The translations under genes were made by a program, and so were the position numbers. Positions 25,143 through 35,561 of a stretch of DNA of 64,000 bases are shown here, piece by piece (within the stretch, counting starts at the first letter, position 1; the number at the start of each line of letters is the position of its first letter). Location: contig JAKAKZ010000003.1 of NCBI GenBank assembly GCA_021824285.1, positions 571-64,570 on the forward strand. The letters are read 5' to 3'. The notes beneath the pieces are model-generated. The model was not told where the DNA came from and did not search any database. It worked only from the letters and a program-made list of their open reading frames with translations. The DNA is from a bacterium (GTDB taxonomy: Bacteria > Patescibacteriota > Patescibacteriia > SG8-24).

Positions 25143-27062
25143 TCACCTCACCACCCGCTCCTTCCCCTTCGCCCTCTCATCCCGCGTCAGGTCCGTCGTG
25201 ACGGCCGGGGCGTAATTACGGAGCTGCGTACCGGTCGAGATGTCGCGGCCCGTGACCGTGATGCCGCCCAAGAGCTCCGCCGGCTGTCCCGCCATACCGC
25301 TGTCTGGGGTCAGGTTGAGCTCGATGGAGGCGGCCGGACGCAGTTCCAGGTTATCGGTGAAGGCCTGGACCTCGCCCAGGGTCCACCGTAGACGGCGCAC
25401 CGTGGGCAGGTAATCGATGGACGAACCGGCCGTGACGGCGGTCCGTCCGGTCCAAGTGACGCCCGGCGGCAGTTCGGCCTCCACCACCGTATCGCGTACC
25501 TCAGAGGTGGTGTTGCGTACGCTCAGGATCAGGCGGTAGCTCGTGGTCTGGCTGACGCGCGGGGGGAGCGGGCCGATGCCCAGCTGTTCGCCGTCCGGCG
25601 TCCAATAGAAGGCGGCGGCGGACACGCTAAGGTTCGTAGTGACCGGGATGGCTGTTTCGGCGGTATCTGCGCGGACCGGTCGGCTGTCGCCCTCCAGCAG
25701 GTACTCGGCCGTGGCCCGCAGCGGGATTTCCGGATGTCCTGACTCGCCGACCGCGTCGGCCGGCAGGTCTTGGGGCAGGTGGATGACCGCGGTCAGGCTG
25801 CCGGAGCCGCCCGGCTGGACGCTCGCTAGTTCCGGGGAGGTCCGGTTGTCCCAGGAGAGTTCCGCCGGTTCGAGCGTCGCGCCGAGCGCCGGAGTGGGCA
25901 GTAGGGACAGACGCAGGTCGCGGAGCGCGGTCGTGCCGCCGTTCGTGTAGTGCAGGTTTACGACGATATCGCTGCCGGGCAGGGCGGCGTTGCCCTGGGC
26001 CGGCTGGACGATGTCTTGTTCGAGATGGAAACCGGTAGAGCGGATGTCCGCGTTGGCCCGCACCGATTCCAGCACGAGCTCCCGCCCCTGTTCGGACGTC
26101 GTCGCTGTGGCAGTGAAGGCCGGGGCCGCACCGGCGCTCTCGAACAGCCAACCAGTGGCGGAGACGTTGCCCTTGTCACCGGGCTGGAGATCGCCGAGGC
26201 GCCACTCAAGCGGCCGGCTCGACGGGGGAGTCACGTTCAGCAGGCGATAGCCGGTGGGCGGTTCGACGCGAAGCACGACGTTACGCAGGGTCTCTGCGGA
26301 ACCGTTCTCGTAGCCGAAGGTCATGGTCGTCGGGCGGCCATAGACCGCATCGGCCTCGGAAGAGAAGGAGAGCGCCAGCCGGTTGGCGGCGAAAACCGTC
26401 CAGGTGCGGGCTACGGCCACGGATGGGGCGGTCCGACCGCTTTGCCAGTAGCGCAGTTCAGCGGTCACGGTCGCCTGCGTGCCAGAAGCGGCATAGAAAC
26501 GGCCTGGAACGGACATGTGGCCATCGGTATGCGCCGCAATGTCGCCCAAGGGGACCACGACGGAGTTCGCGTCATGCCCTACGGCGAAGGCGGCGGCCAT
26601 GCAGCCACCAGCGTCGCTCTGCGGCAGGCCGGCGTCTGGCACGAATTGCGCCTCCGGCATGACTATAAGCACGGCGCAGCGCGCGGTTCCGTCCGTGTCG
26701 TTCCGGTAGGTCAGCGATAGGGCCGCGTCCGCTCCGCCGGTCAGCTGGTTCGGGAGCGACATCTCCAGGCTGACAATCGCGGGATTCGCGGCTTTGGGCA
26801 GGTAGAGCCAGCCGAAGACTCCGGCAACGGCCAGGCCGGACAAGATGAAGAGCAGGAGCAGGTCCACGAGCAGCACGCCGAAAGCAAAGCGCGGATGCCG
26901 TTTCACGTATTTCTCCTCCCAATGGTGGCGCAGGGCCGGATGATAAAGCAGGTCCAGGATCTTAAGGAGGGCCTGTTTGGGCTTATGCCGGTGCGGGTGG
27001 ACCTTGCCGTGGATCCAACGCCCGATTTTCTTGAAGGCCACTGGTACGGGTTCGTGCAGCAT
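25143..27062 (-). CDS. hypothetical membrane-anchored surface protein with repeated beta-rich domains
   Basis: His/Lys-rich cytoplasmic N-terminus, one TM helix (FAFGVLLVDLLLLFILSGLAVAGVFGWLYL), then ~550 aa of T/S/A-rich extracytoplasmic sequence with repeated segments. No enzyme motif seen. Confidence 0.55.
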   Translation of the reverse strand: MLHEPVPVAFKKIGRWIHGKVHPHRHKPKQALLKILDLLYHPALRHHWEEKYVKRHPRFAFGVLLVDLLLLFILSGLAVAGVFGWLYLPKAANPAIVSLEMSLPNQLTGGADAALSLTYRNDTDGTARCAVLIVMPEAQFVPDAGLPQSDAGGCMAAAFAVGHDANSVVVPLGDIAAHTDGHMSVPGRFYAASGTQATVTAELRYWQSGRTAPSVAVARTWTVFAANRLALSFSSEADAVYGRPTTMTFGYENGSAETLRNVVLRVEPPTGYRLLNVTPPSSRPLEWRLGDLQPGDKGNVSATGWLFESAGAAPAFTATATTSEQGRELVLESVRANADIRSTGFHLEQDIVQPAQGNAALPGSDIVVNLHYTNGGTTALRDLRLSLLPTPALGATLEPAELSWDNRTSPELASVQPGGSGSLTAVIHLPQDLPADAVGESGHPEIPLRATAEYLLEGDSRPVRADTAETAIPVTTNLSVSAAAFYWTPDGEQLGIGPLPPRVSQTTSYRLILSVRNTTSEVRDTVVEAELPPGVTWTGRTAVTAGSSIDYLPTVRRLRWTLGEVQAFTDNLELRPAASIELNLTPDSGMAGQPAELLGGITVTGRDISTGTQLRNYAPAVTTDLTRDERAKGKERVVR

Positions 27063-27169
27063 ATGACTATATTATATAGGAAGGTTTGGAACGGCGCTTG
27101 TCATGTTCGGAGATGCGGAGCTGGTGGTGCGCCGCTGCTGGCTACTTCGCGTCTCCGCATCTCCGCATC

Positions 27170-29215
27170 TTATTTCAAAACTACCTGAAACACGTCGGCC
27201 GTGAGCGTCAGTATTTCCGCTTTGCCGTCCTTGTCGATGTCCGCGGCTGCCACGTAGACGCCGTTGCGCGCTGCCGGGTCGCCGGCGAAGAAGCCCTTGC
27301 CCCAAGCTTTGCCATAACCGGAAAACACGCGGACGTGCGGTCCGCCGCCTGGCGCCGCCCCGGTAATGACTTCTGCCTTGCCGTCGCCATCCAGGTCAGC
27401 CGCGGCCACGCGGACGCCGCCGGTGAAACCGATGCCGTAAGGCTGGAAAGCGGCAATCTGCTGTCCGTCTTTGGAGTAGATGCGGACCATGGAGGTTGTG
27501 CCTTTGCCGCTGCCGGTCACGATGACCGGCCGGTTCGTGCCGTAGACGTCCGCCACCGCGACTTGTACGCCGCCACGCAGGTTCTTGTCGCCAGCGAAAA
27601 AGCCGGGGTTCCAGGCGTGTCCGTCAACGGTCCAAATGCGGACCTGCGGTCCGCCCCCCGCGCCGGCACCGGTCACGATTTCCGGAATGCGGTCGTTATT
27701 CAGGTCGCCGACCGCGATATGCACGCCGGCTGAATAGGTTTCGCCGTAGGGCGCGAAGGAGGCATGCACCGTACCGTCGGCGTTCCAGATCGTGACGCGG
27801 GTCTTGCCGCCGCTCACCTTGCCCAGCCGGCCGCTGCCGTCCAGGTCCGCAAAGACCATGTCAGCCTGGCCGTCGGCCGCCGCGTCATAGGCGAAGAAAC
27901 CGTTGCGCAGCCGGTCGCCGCTCGCATCATAGATCCGGGCGAACATGCCGTTCGGGAACGTGCTGCCGATGATTTTGGAAATTGGCTTGCGCAGCAGGAT
28001 GCCGTCCTGCGCCGAAAGCGTCACGGAATTGACCACCGTGCCATCGTTGACGTCCGGAGCCTGCGCGCCGCGGATCTTTTCCAGGTCTTGGCCGAAGGTA
28101 ACGGTCTGCGACCGGTTCGTGGAGTTGATGAGCACCACGCCGTCCTCGAAGTCGCGGCGCCAGACGCCGGGCGCCAGACTGCGCGAGCGCAGGTTCAGCA
28201 TGTTGATGGGCTGATTGATGGGGCGCCCCAGGTTCACGTCGTATTCGTCGTAACGCCAGAGCTGACCGTGGTCCTGTTCGCCGAAGTCGTAGGAGAAAAA
28301 GCCGTCGCCCAGGAGCGCGGAGGCGAGGCCGTAGCGCACGCGGCGGTAGTTCGTGCTCTGGTCCGTGTTGCCGCCGTTCATGTTGATGATGAAAGTCGCC
28401 GGATAGCCGACCTCGCGGTGCAGGTTGAGGTAATTCGCCATCACGCCCTGCCAGGTGCCGCCGGCCTCCCAGGGGGTAGGGAAGGACTCGAACATTCGGC
28501 CGTTCACGTACGGCTGCAGTTCGGCGGTCGAGTCGCCGTTCGTCACGATGACCGCGTCCTGACCGAGCAGGTCGCGCGTGGTCTTGAGCAGGTTGACCAT
28601 CGACCGTTTCCAGCCCGTATCGGCGAGCGCCGGGTCGTCTTTCACGCCGTCGCCGTTCAGATCCAGGTCGCCGCCGTTGACCCAGGAGATGTTCGACGAG
28701 AATTCGTCATAGAAAATACCGTCCCAGGCGCCGGAAGCCATGACCGTGTCTTTGGTGAAGTGCGCCAACCAATCACCCCAGCCGCGCAGGGGATTGAGCA
28801 TCCGGGTGCCGGACCAGATGGAAATCTGGTTGCCGCGGCCGTCCTTGAGCCACCAGTCGTCCTTGATGCCGGCACGCAGCTTGGCATGCACCGGATCGGT
28901 CCAGTACTGGTCGTTCCAGGATTTGGTCGGGATGTAGGCGAGGATGATGATCCGCGGGTTCAGCCGCCGCAGCTCGGAGAACATGCCGGCGTTGTAGTAC
29001 TGGGCCTCGAGCGGCAGGACGAGCAGGTCGTAGGCCGCGAGTTTCGGATAGTCCTGCGGTCCGATGTCCGAACCGGCGCGCATGTACATGTCGGCCGTGC
29101 GCACGAAGCGGTCGGCCGGGGTCTTCAAGGAAGCCGCCTCGGCCGGGAGCACGAGCGACAGCAGCGTCAAGGCCGCCACGGCAACCGTCAGTATTTTTTT
29201 CCAGTCAGCGCTCAT
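27170..29215 (-). CDS. secreted putative glycoside hydrolase (GH114/TM1410-like) with C-terminal FG-GAP repeats
   Basis: Signal peptide [27 protein letters not shown]. The N-domain (~400 aa) has a TIM-barrel-like pattern; GH114 assignment is tentative. The C-terminus has four or more FG-GAP-like repeats ([52 protein letters not shown]). Confidence 0.55.
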   Translation of the reverse strand: [681 protein letters not shown]

Positions 29216-29275
29216 AATAGTTCCACAACCGTTTCCATACTCCTAAACTCTAAACCCTAAGACATCAAATCTCCA

Positions 29276-29563
29276 CTACCCGCCGTCTTTATTGTCATCA
29301 GGCAGCGCCTTGGGGTTCGGGCTGTACAGCCGGTTCTTGATTTTCCACTGGTTCACGAATTGTCCGATGCCAAAATTCTTCGCCTTGTTCCTGATCTTGG
29401 GGCGCTCTTGGGACCAGCGGACCAGGCTTTCGAAATTGATCTTGTAGCGGCCGCGCACGACGACATATGTCAGAGCGCCGTCCGCCAGGGCACGGCGGAT
29501 GGTTCGGGTATTCACGCCGAAGAGCCGGGCGGCTTCGGAAACGGATACGCGGACGATGTTCAT
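29276..29563 (-). CDS. HTH_17/excisionase-family DNA-binding protein (95 aa)
   Basis: MNIVRVSVSEAARLFGVNTRTIRRALADGAL is a classic HTH. Start at the ATG at ~29563. It is divergent from the ECF sigma gene. Confidence 0.6.
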   Translation of the reverse strand: MNIVRVSVSEAARLFGVNTRTIRRALADGALTYVVVRGRYKINFESLVRWSQERPKIRNKAKNFGIGQFVNQWKIKNRLYSPNPKALPDDNKDGG

Positions 29564-29915
29564 AGCTGTGGGTGAAGATTGTGGGATAAAGATGCGGGCA
29601 GGAGGTGAGGCCATCAGATTAGATGCCCGTTTCTTTGCCGCCATCTCTATTTATCTCTCGATTTCTATTTATCACAATCCACAATATTAGTCAACATTAC
29701 TGTAGACTTATGTCGGCAATTTAGGCTCTTGAACCCTTTTGCTACAGTGCTTCGTATTAATGATTACGCAATCGCCGCCACCCATATATTCAGTCCGCCG
29801 TTGAGCTTCTTTGGGCTTAAAAGGATTGCCAGAAAGCACCCAGCATGCTATATTCGTCCAGTCATTTTAATCGGCAGGGTGGAGCTTATTTTCAATTCAA
29901 AGCTCCTCCCAGGGT

Positions 29916-29943
29916 GTAACGCTTGGCCGCTTCTTACGTCTAA
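29916..29943 (+). promoter_or_regulatory. candidate ECF-type autoregulatory promoter GTAAC-N16-CGTCTAA, 8 nt upstream of ATG
   Basis: gtGTAACgcttggccgcttcttaCGTCTAAttggATG. An AAC -35 and CGTC -10 resemble ECF sigma promoters. The transcript would be leaderless. Confidence 0.4.
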
Positions 29944-29947
29944 TTGG

Positions 29948-30547
29948 ATGTCGAACATTTTGAAAGAAAAATTCCTCCTGTTCCGCATCCGCGCCAAGAA
30001 GGACCCCGATGCCTTCGGCCAGATCTACGACGCCTACGTGCGCAAGATCTACCGTTTCATCTACTTCAAAGTCGCGAGCGCGGAACTGGCCGAGGATCTC
30101 ACTTCCGAGACCTTCCTGAAGGCCTGGCAGTACCTGATGGAGAAGCGTGAGGTCCCGCATCTGCAGGCCCTCCTATATACAGTCGCGCGCAACGTGGTCA
30201 TCGACCACTACCGCGCGGCGGCCCACCTGCAGGCGGACATCCCGCTCGACGAAGCCGTGGCCAACGAACTGACTTCCGCGGGGAGCGAAAAGCTCCTCAA
30301 GGACGTCGAGGCCGGCATCGACATGATGAAGGTGCTCGAGAAGCTCCGCGGACTCAAAGACGAGTACCGCGAAGTCGTGGTCATGAAGTATCTCGACGAG
30401 CTAACCACGAGTGAGATCGCAACGGCCTTGGGGAAGACTCAAGCCAACGTCCGGGTCATCCTGCACAGGGCGACCAAGGCGCTCGGCGATTCTATCCAAG
30501 ACGCCCGTGAACGAACTCCGCAAAATCCTGACCGCAGTGAAGAATGA
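29948..30547 (+). CDS. ECF-type sigma-70 family RNA polymerase sigma factor
   Basis: Region 2 (YRFIYFKV...AEDLTSETFLKAW) and region 4 (VVVMKYLDELTTSEIATALGKTQANVRVILHRATKAL). Start at MSNILKE, ATG 29948. Confidence 0.85.
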   Translation: MSNILKEKFLLFRIRAKKDPDAFGQIYDAYVRKIYRFIYFKVASAELAEDLTSETFLKAWQYLMEKREVPHLQALLYTVARNVVIDHYRAAAHLQADIPLDEAVANELTSAGSEKLLKDVEAGIDMMKVLEKLRGLKDEYREVVVMKYLDELTTSEIATALGKTQANVRVILHRATKALGDSIQDARERTPQNPDRSEE

Positions 30548-30602
30548 ACGGCGAGGTGGCGCCCCGCACGATTCTTGGGTTTCCCGCGAACGCGACATCC
30601 TG

Positions 30603-31568
30603 ATGATGCAGGTCCGCAACACGATGGACCTCAACGCGAAACCCGGACTCGGCGACTCGATGCGCCACCTTTTCGGTATCTTCCTGCCGCTCCAGACCCT
30701 GGCCCTCGCCGGCCGGGCCGTCGCGCTGTTCGCCCTGGTGTTCGCCACCGTCATCGGCGGCGGCGCCGCGACCGCCAACCTCTACCGGGCCGCCATGCCG
30801 GGCTCCGTGGGCTATTCCTTCAAGCTGGCCGTCGAGAAGCTGCAGCTGGCCGTCGCGCCGACCGCAGAATACCGTGCCAACCTGTTCGCCGAGTTCGCCG
30901 ACCGCCGCATGGATGAGGTGGCCAAGCTCGCGGAAGCCGGCAAGAGCCGCACGAGCGACCACCTGCCCTCCGTCCTGGCTTCCTTATCTAAAGACATCAC
31001 CGGTTTGGGCGGTGCGCTCGCCGATCTCGAGAAGTCCCGCGACGCCGCCTCGCTCGAATCCGCCAAGCTGATGGAGCGCAAGATGGCCAGCTACCAGGCC
31101 GCGCTTTCCAGGTCCGCGGCGCTCATCGCGCCGTCTTACCACGGCGACTTCCTGGCGGTGCGCGACCGTGTGGATGACCTCTCGGTCAAGGCCATGGCCG
31201 TCATCGTGGAGAAGCATCTGGAAGGGGACAGCGCGGCGCCGCGCGGCGTGCTCGTGGCCAAGTTCGAGGATCACCTGAACGAGGCCGAAGCGAAAGCCGA
31301 ACAGGCGGCGGCGACGGCATCGCCGGAGAAGACCCAGCAGACCAAGGCCGCCATCGCCGAAGCGAAACAGCTGGTGAAGGAAGAGAAGTACGAAGCGGCG
31401 CTCTCCAAGATGGCGGAAGTCGTCGAACTGACCAAGGATGTGGAGGCGACGAACCAGGATGAAGCCAAGACGAATGACGCCACAACCGACCATGTCGCGG
31501 CCCCGGACAAGAACGCCACGAACGATCTGACCGCCACGACCGACAAGACTGAAACGCCGAAACCATAA
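30603..31568 (+). CDS. DUF5667-like membrane protein (sigma-associated, anti-sigma candidate)
   Basis: Short N-terminus, TM helix (LFGIFLPLQTLALAGRAVALFALVFATVIGG), then PGSVGYSFKLAVEKLQLAV...FAEFADRRMDEVAKLAE matching DUF5667, then a coiled-coil with a K/E/A/T-rich tail. The start may lie earlier (a GTG at ~30537 overlaps the sigma gene stop). Confidence 0.6.
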   Translation: MMQVRNTMDLNAKPGLGDSMRHLFGIFLPLQTLALAGRAVALFALVFATVIGGGAATANLYRAAMPGSVGYSFKLAVEKLQLAVAPTAEYRANLFAEFADRRMDEVAKLAEAGKSRTSDHLPSVLASLSKDITGLGGALADLEKSRDAASLESAKLMERKMASYQAALSRSAALIAPSYHGDFLAVRDRVDDLSVKAMAVIVEKHLEGDSAAPRGVLVAKFEDHLNEAEAKAEQAAATASPEKTQQTKAAIAEAKQLVKEEKYEAALSKMAEVVELTKDVEATNQDEAKTNDATTDHVAAPDKNATNDLTATTDKTETPKP

Positions 31569-31699
31569 AAACGTCACATATATATAGGAGCGGAGCGCAA
31601 GGCCCCTCCGGAAAAACAAAAACACCTAAACAAACACCTTCGCCGTCGCATAACATCGCTCACTACAATCCGACACGGTTCAAGGCTCAATGGCACTGG

Positions 31700-31776
31700 T
31701 TGTTGGGTTGAGAGTTGAAAGTTGACAGTTGAGTTCCGGCCGGGACTTTCAACTTTAAACTCTAAACTTTCAACCG
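31700..31776. repeat. AGTTGA/AACTTT-type inverted repeat
   Basis: gttgagagttgaaagttgacagttgag ... gactttcaactttaaactctaaactttcaacc. Confidence 0.5.
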
Positions 31777-32021
31777 CACGAACAATGCCATTGGGTCTGG
31801 CAACCGAACGCCTGACCGTGCGCCCGATCCGCGCGCCCGCTTCCCTTCGAAAAGGAACGGCCGCTGCAGATCGGCCGCACTGTCCGGTAACCGGTCGTTC
31901 AGACCCGTATATGTCGGAAACACGACGCATCAGCCCACAAGGTCGAGTCCCACAAGGACGCTGGCGCGTACGCCGCCGCAGGATTACCTGCGGGGCTACT
32001 CCAAAAGGATTACTTCAACTT

Positions 32022-35000
32022 ATGAACAACGTGTTACGTATGAGCCGGAAGGCCATGACGGGCGCTGTCGTCGCTACGACGATCGCCTGGTCCATCGGTC
32101 TCTCCGCCCTCGTCGCCCCGCTGGCCGTCAAGGCCGCGCCGGCTGCGGGCACGCTCGTCAAGGCTTCCCTCCCGGCCGTCTACTACGTCGGCTCGGACGG
32201 CAAGCGCTATGTCTTCCCGAACGAGAAGACCTACAAGACCTGGTACGCTGATTTCTCCAGCGTCCAGACCATCACTGATGCGGAACTCGCCGCGCTCCCG
32301 ATTGGTGGCAACGTCACCTACAAGCCGGGCGTCCGCATGATCAAGATCACCTCGCTCCCGAAGGTGTACGCCGTCTCCAAGGGCGGTGCGCTCCACTGGG
32401 TCACCAGCGAGGCGGTCGCCACCGCGCTCTACGGCGCGAACTGGAACAAGATGATCGATGACGTACCGGATTGGGCGTGGGTCAACTACGTCGAGTCCTC
32501 GGACATCAACTCGGCCAGCGATTTCAACGCTTCCTCCGAGTCGTCCATCGCCTCGATCAACCTCGACAAGAACCTCGGCAGCTCCGCTGTCGTTACGGGT
32601 GCCTTGTCCGCCTCTCTCAGCTCGAGCAGCCCGGCTGCCACGACGCTGCCGAAGGGCGCCACTGGCGTCGTTCTCGTCAAGCTTGATGTCCGCAACGGCG
32701 GTTCGTCCGCCGCGGTCGTCGACTCCCTGACGGTGCGCCGCTCCGGTCCGGGCGCGGCCTCGGATTTCTCCGCGGTCTACGTCTACAACGACAACAACCG
32801 CCTGACCACCGGTCGGACGATCAACTCGTCCACCAACGAGGCCTCGTTCAGCGGTCTCGGCCTGTCGCTCGCCGCTGGTGAGAGCAAGTCTCTCTCCATC
32901 GTCGCCGACATCGCCTCGTCCGTTGGCGCCGGCAACGTCAGCGCGTTCTCCGTCGTCTCTCTGAGCGCCGGTACGACCGCCGCTTCCGGCCTGCCGCTCG
33001 CTGGCCCGAACTTCACCATGTCTTCCGCCACGGCCGGTTCCCTGACTGTCACCAAGTCCGGCGCCAGCCCGCTGTCCAACGTCAAGTTGGGCGGTATGGC
33101 CCAGAAGATCGGTGAGTTCCAGCTCGCCGTCGGCTCCGCCGAGGATGTCCGCCTCGCCAAGATTGCCTTGTACGAGGCTGGCGCGGTCAGCAAGTCCTCT
33201 CTCTCCAACTTTGCCCTCAAGCAGGCCGGTCTGACGATCGCCACTGCCGCGGGTATCGACAGCAAGGATCGCGTCACCTTCGTGCTCGCGGCTCCGATGC
33301 TCCTGGAGAAGGGCACTTCCCGCACCTTCGAGGTGTTCGCTGATGTCGCGGCCAACGCCCGCGTCGGCTCCACCGAGACCATCCTCTCCTACGTCGATCA
33401 GGCCTCTGACGTTCTCGCGATCGGTCAGACCTACGGCGTCGGCGTGAGCGTGGATATCGGCTCCTCCGGCAACTACAACGGCACTTCCTGTGCCCTGGGC
33501 GCCGGCAACTGCTCCTCGACTCGCATTGAGGGCGGCCAGCTGACGGTTACCTTCAACGGCCCGGCCGTTAAGGACATCGCCGTCAACGGCAAGGATGTCG
33601 AGCTCTACAACTTCACCATGGCTGCGGCCAGCAACCTCGAAGTGCGCTACCTGCGCATGCAGATCAATGCTGCCAACGTCGCTGGTACCAACGACGGTCT
33701 CATCGACACGTCCGGCACCGCGGTCGCCAACTACTCGGACATCAAGGTCACCGACGTCGCCACTGGCGCCATCGTGGCCGGTCCGCTGTCGTTGAGCACC
33801 TCGGGTTCCGACTCCACCCAGGCTCTGACCTTCACCGAGGTGTTCAACCTCGCTCCGGGCCAGGCCCGCACCTTCAAGGTGACGGCTGATGTCGCGAACA
33901 ACGCCGACGCCACCTTCGCCAACGACACGGTCAGCATCGACCGCCTCGCTTGGAGCTCTGGTGACATCCGCAACCTGGACAACAGCACCAACATTGCCCT
34001 CTCCGACATCGTGCCGAACACGACTGCCGCGGGTAATGCCCACAACATCAAGTCCCCGAGCCTGACGGCCTCCGCCGGTTCCACGCCGGTCGCGCAGACC
34101 TTCATCATGGGTTCGCAGGGCGTCGCGTTCCTCGGTCTCAACCTGAAGGCGGGCGATGCGTCTGACATCAACGTCAGCTCGCTCACCCTCAAGGGCATGA
34201 TCGACGCTACGCAGGACGGCACCTTCGCCCAGGGTCAGGAATCCACTGGCAACACTGTCGCCGCGGTCGTCGCGACGGCTAAGCTGATGAACGGTGCGAC
34301 CCAGCTCGGTCAGACCAAGTCCCCGGCCACGTCTTCGGGCGTCGGCACTGGCGGCGACATGACCTTCGACAACCTGAACCTCACGGTTCCGAAGGGCCAG
34401 TCGCTCGCTCTGACGCTCGTCGTCAACCTGAACGGCGGTCTCGGCTCGATCTCGAGCGACCTCCGCTTCGACGTGACCGCCGGCTCCGCTACGGATGCTG
34501 ACGGCAACAACGTCTCGGTCAGCGGCCTGACGGTCACTGGCACGAAGATGACGGTCAAGTCCGCCGGTACGCTCACGCTGGCTCTCGCTCCGGATGATAC
34601 GGAGTCCGAGGCCGGTCTGGTCGTCGGTGGTTCTTCGAACGCCGTCCTCGGCAAGTTCAAGTTCACCGCCCAGAACGAGGAGCTGAAGCTCACCAAGCTT
34701 AACGCCACGGTCGATACGGCCGCCGGCGTCAGCAGCTTGAGCCTCTTCGACGGTTCCACCCTCGTCGCCGGTCCGATCGGCGTCGACGGCACGGGCCTCG
34801 CCTCCTTCACTGGCGTCAACTTCGTCATCCCGAAGGATGCTTCTAAGGTCCTGACCGTTAAGGGCAACCTGAACGCGGTGGGCGCCTCCGGCGCTACGAC
34901 CGGTTCCTCGGTCCGCCTCGGTCTGTCCACCACCAACTTCGAGGTCCGCGGCACGTCGGCCGGCTCCAGCACTCTGCTGACCGCCCCGTCCTCCGGCGCC

Positions 35001-35561
35001 TTCCCGTTGGCGGCCAACCCGAAGGTCGCCCGCAAGTCCAAGCCGACGGTGTCCGTTGTCGCTCTGCCGACCACGACGCTGTCCGGCGGCGACCAGGTCG
35101 TCCTGCGCTTCACGGTTGCGGCTGACGCTGCCAGCGACATCTCGCTCGGCCAGCTCCACGCCACGATCACGAAGAGCGGTTCCGTCGTCGTTGCCCTCCC
35201 GGCTTCGCCGACCACCAAGACCCTGCGCCGCACTGGTGGTGACTTCATCACCCTCGGCACTGTGACCTTCTCGACCAACGACCTGCTCATGGTCCTCTCC
35301 ACGGAGGAGACCGTCGCGGCTGGCACGTCCAAGACCTTCGAGGTCTACATGAACATGACCAGCGCCGCGAACGGCGACAGCGTTACGTCCACCATCCCGA
35401 CGGATGCGGCTAGCGCCACGGGCACTCTGTCCGGCCTCTCGGCCAACAACTTTGTCTGGTCCGACATGTCCATTGTCGGCCACGGCACGGGTACGGCTGA
35501 CTGGGCTTCTGGCTACAAGGTCAAGAGCCTGCCGACGGACTCCCAGTCGCTGGTCAAGTAA
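32022..35561 (+). CDS. giant secreted surface protein (1179 aa): conserved ~105-aa N-terminal module + long low-complexity beta-rich region
   Basis: Signal peptide MNNVLRMSRKAMTGAVVATTIAWSIGLSALVAPLAVKAAPAAG. The module AVYYVGSDGKRYVFPNEKTYKTWY...VTYKPGVRMIKI...KVYAV...LYGANWNKMIDDVPDWAWVNY is followed by ~1000 aa of A/S/T/G/V-rich repeats. The opposite-strand 1149-aa ORF is an artefact. Confidence 0.75.
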   Translation: MNNVLRMSRKAMTGAVVATTIAWSIGLSALVAPLAVKAAPAAGTLVKASLPAVYYVGSDGKRYVFPNEKTYKTWYADFSSVQTITDAELAALPIGGNVTYKPGVRMIKITSLPKVYAVSKGGALHWVTSEAVATALYGANWNKMIDDVPDWAWVNYVESSDINSASDFNASSESSIASINLDKNLGSSAVVTGALSASLSSSSPAATTLPKGATGVVLVKLDVRNGGSSAAVVDSLTVRRSGPGAASDFSAVYVYNDNNRLTTGRTINSSTNEASFSGLGLSLAAGESKSLSIVADIASSVGAGNVSAFSVVSLSAGTTAASGLPLAGPNFTMSSATAGSLTVTKSGASPLSNVKLGGMAQKIGEFQLAVGSAEDVRLAKIALYEAGAVSKSSLSNFALKQAGLTIATAAGIDSKDRVTFVLAAPMLLEKGTSRTFEVFADVAANARVGSTETILSYVDQASDVLAIGQTYGVGVSVDIGSSGNYNGTSCALGAGNCSSTRIEGGQLTVTFNGPAVKDIAVNGKDVELYNFTMAAASNLEVRYLRMQINAANVAGTNDGLIDTSGTAVANYSDIKVTDVATGAIVAGPLSLSTSGSDSTQALTFTEVFNLAPGQARTFKVTADVANNADATFANDTVSIDRLAWSSGDIRNLDNSTNIALSDIVPNTTAAGNAHNIKSPSLTASAGSTPVAQTFIMGSQGVAFLGLNLKAGDASDINVSSLTLKGMIDATQDGTFAQGQESTGNTVAAVVATAKLMNGATQLGQTKSPATSSGVGTGGDMTFDNLNLTVPKGQSLALTLVVNLNGGLGSISSDLRFDVTAGSATDADGNNVSVSGLTVTGTKMTVKSAGTLTLALAPDDTESEAGLVVGGSSNAVLGKFKFTAQNEELKLTKLNATVDTAAGVSSLSLFDGSTLVAGPIGVDGTGLASFTGVNFVIPKDASKVLTVKGNLNAVGASGATTGSSVRLGLSTTNFEVRGTSAGSSTLLTAPSSGAFPLAANPKVARKSKPTVSVVALPTTTLSGGDQVVLRFTVAADAASDISLGQLHATITKSGSVVVALPASPTTKTLRRTGGDFITLGTVTFSTNDLLMVLSTEETVAAGTSKTFEVYMNMTSAANGDSVTSTIPTDAASATGTLSGLSANNFVWSDMSIVGHGTGTADWASGYKVKSLPTDSQSLVK

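Noticed and set aside
30411-30602. ORF-track start of the DUF5667 gene at 30411, overlapping the sigma gene by 137 nt in another frame
   Set aside because: The first ATGs in that frame are at 30603/30606, after the sigma stop (30545-30547). The upstream part lacks a start codon other than a possible GTG at 30537. The overlap is more likely an ORF-finder extension.
32034-35483. 1149-aa minus-strand ORF covering the giant surface-protein gene
   Set aside because: Antisense, extremely Arg/Gly-rich composition, no start context. The plus-strand protein has a signal peptide and a conserved module shared with three neighbours.
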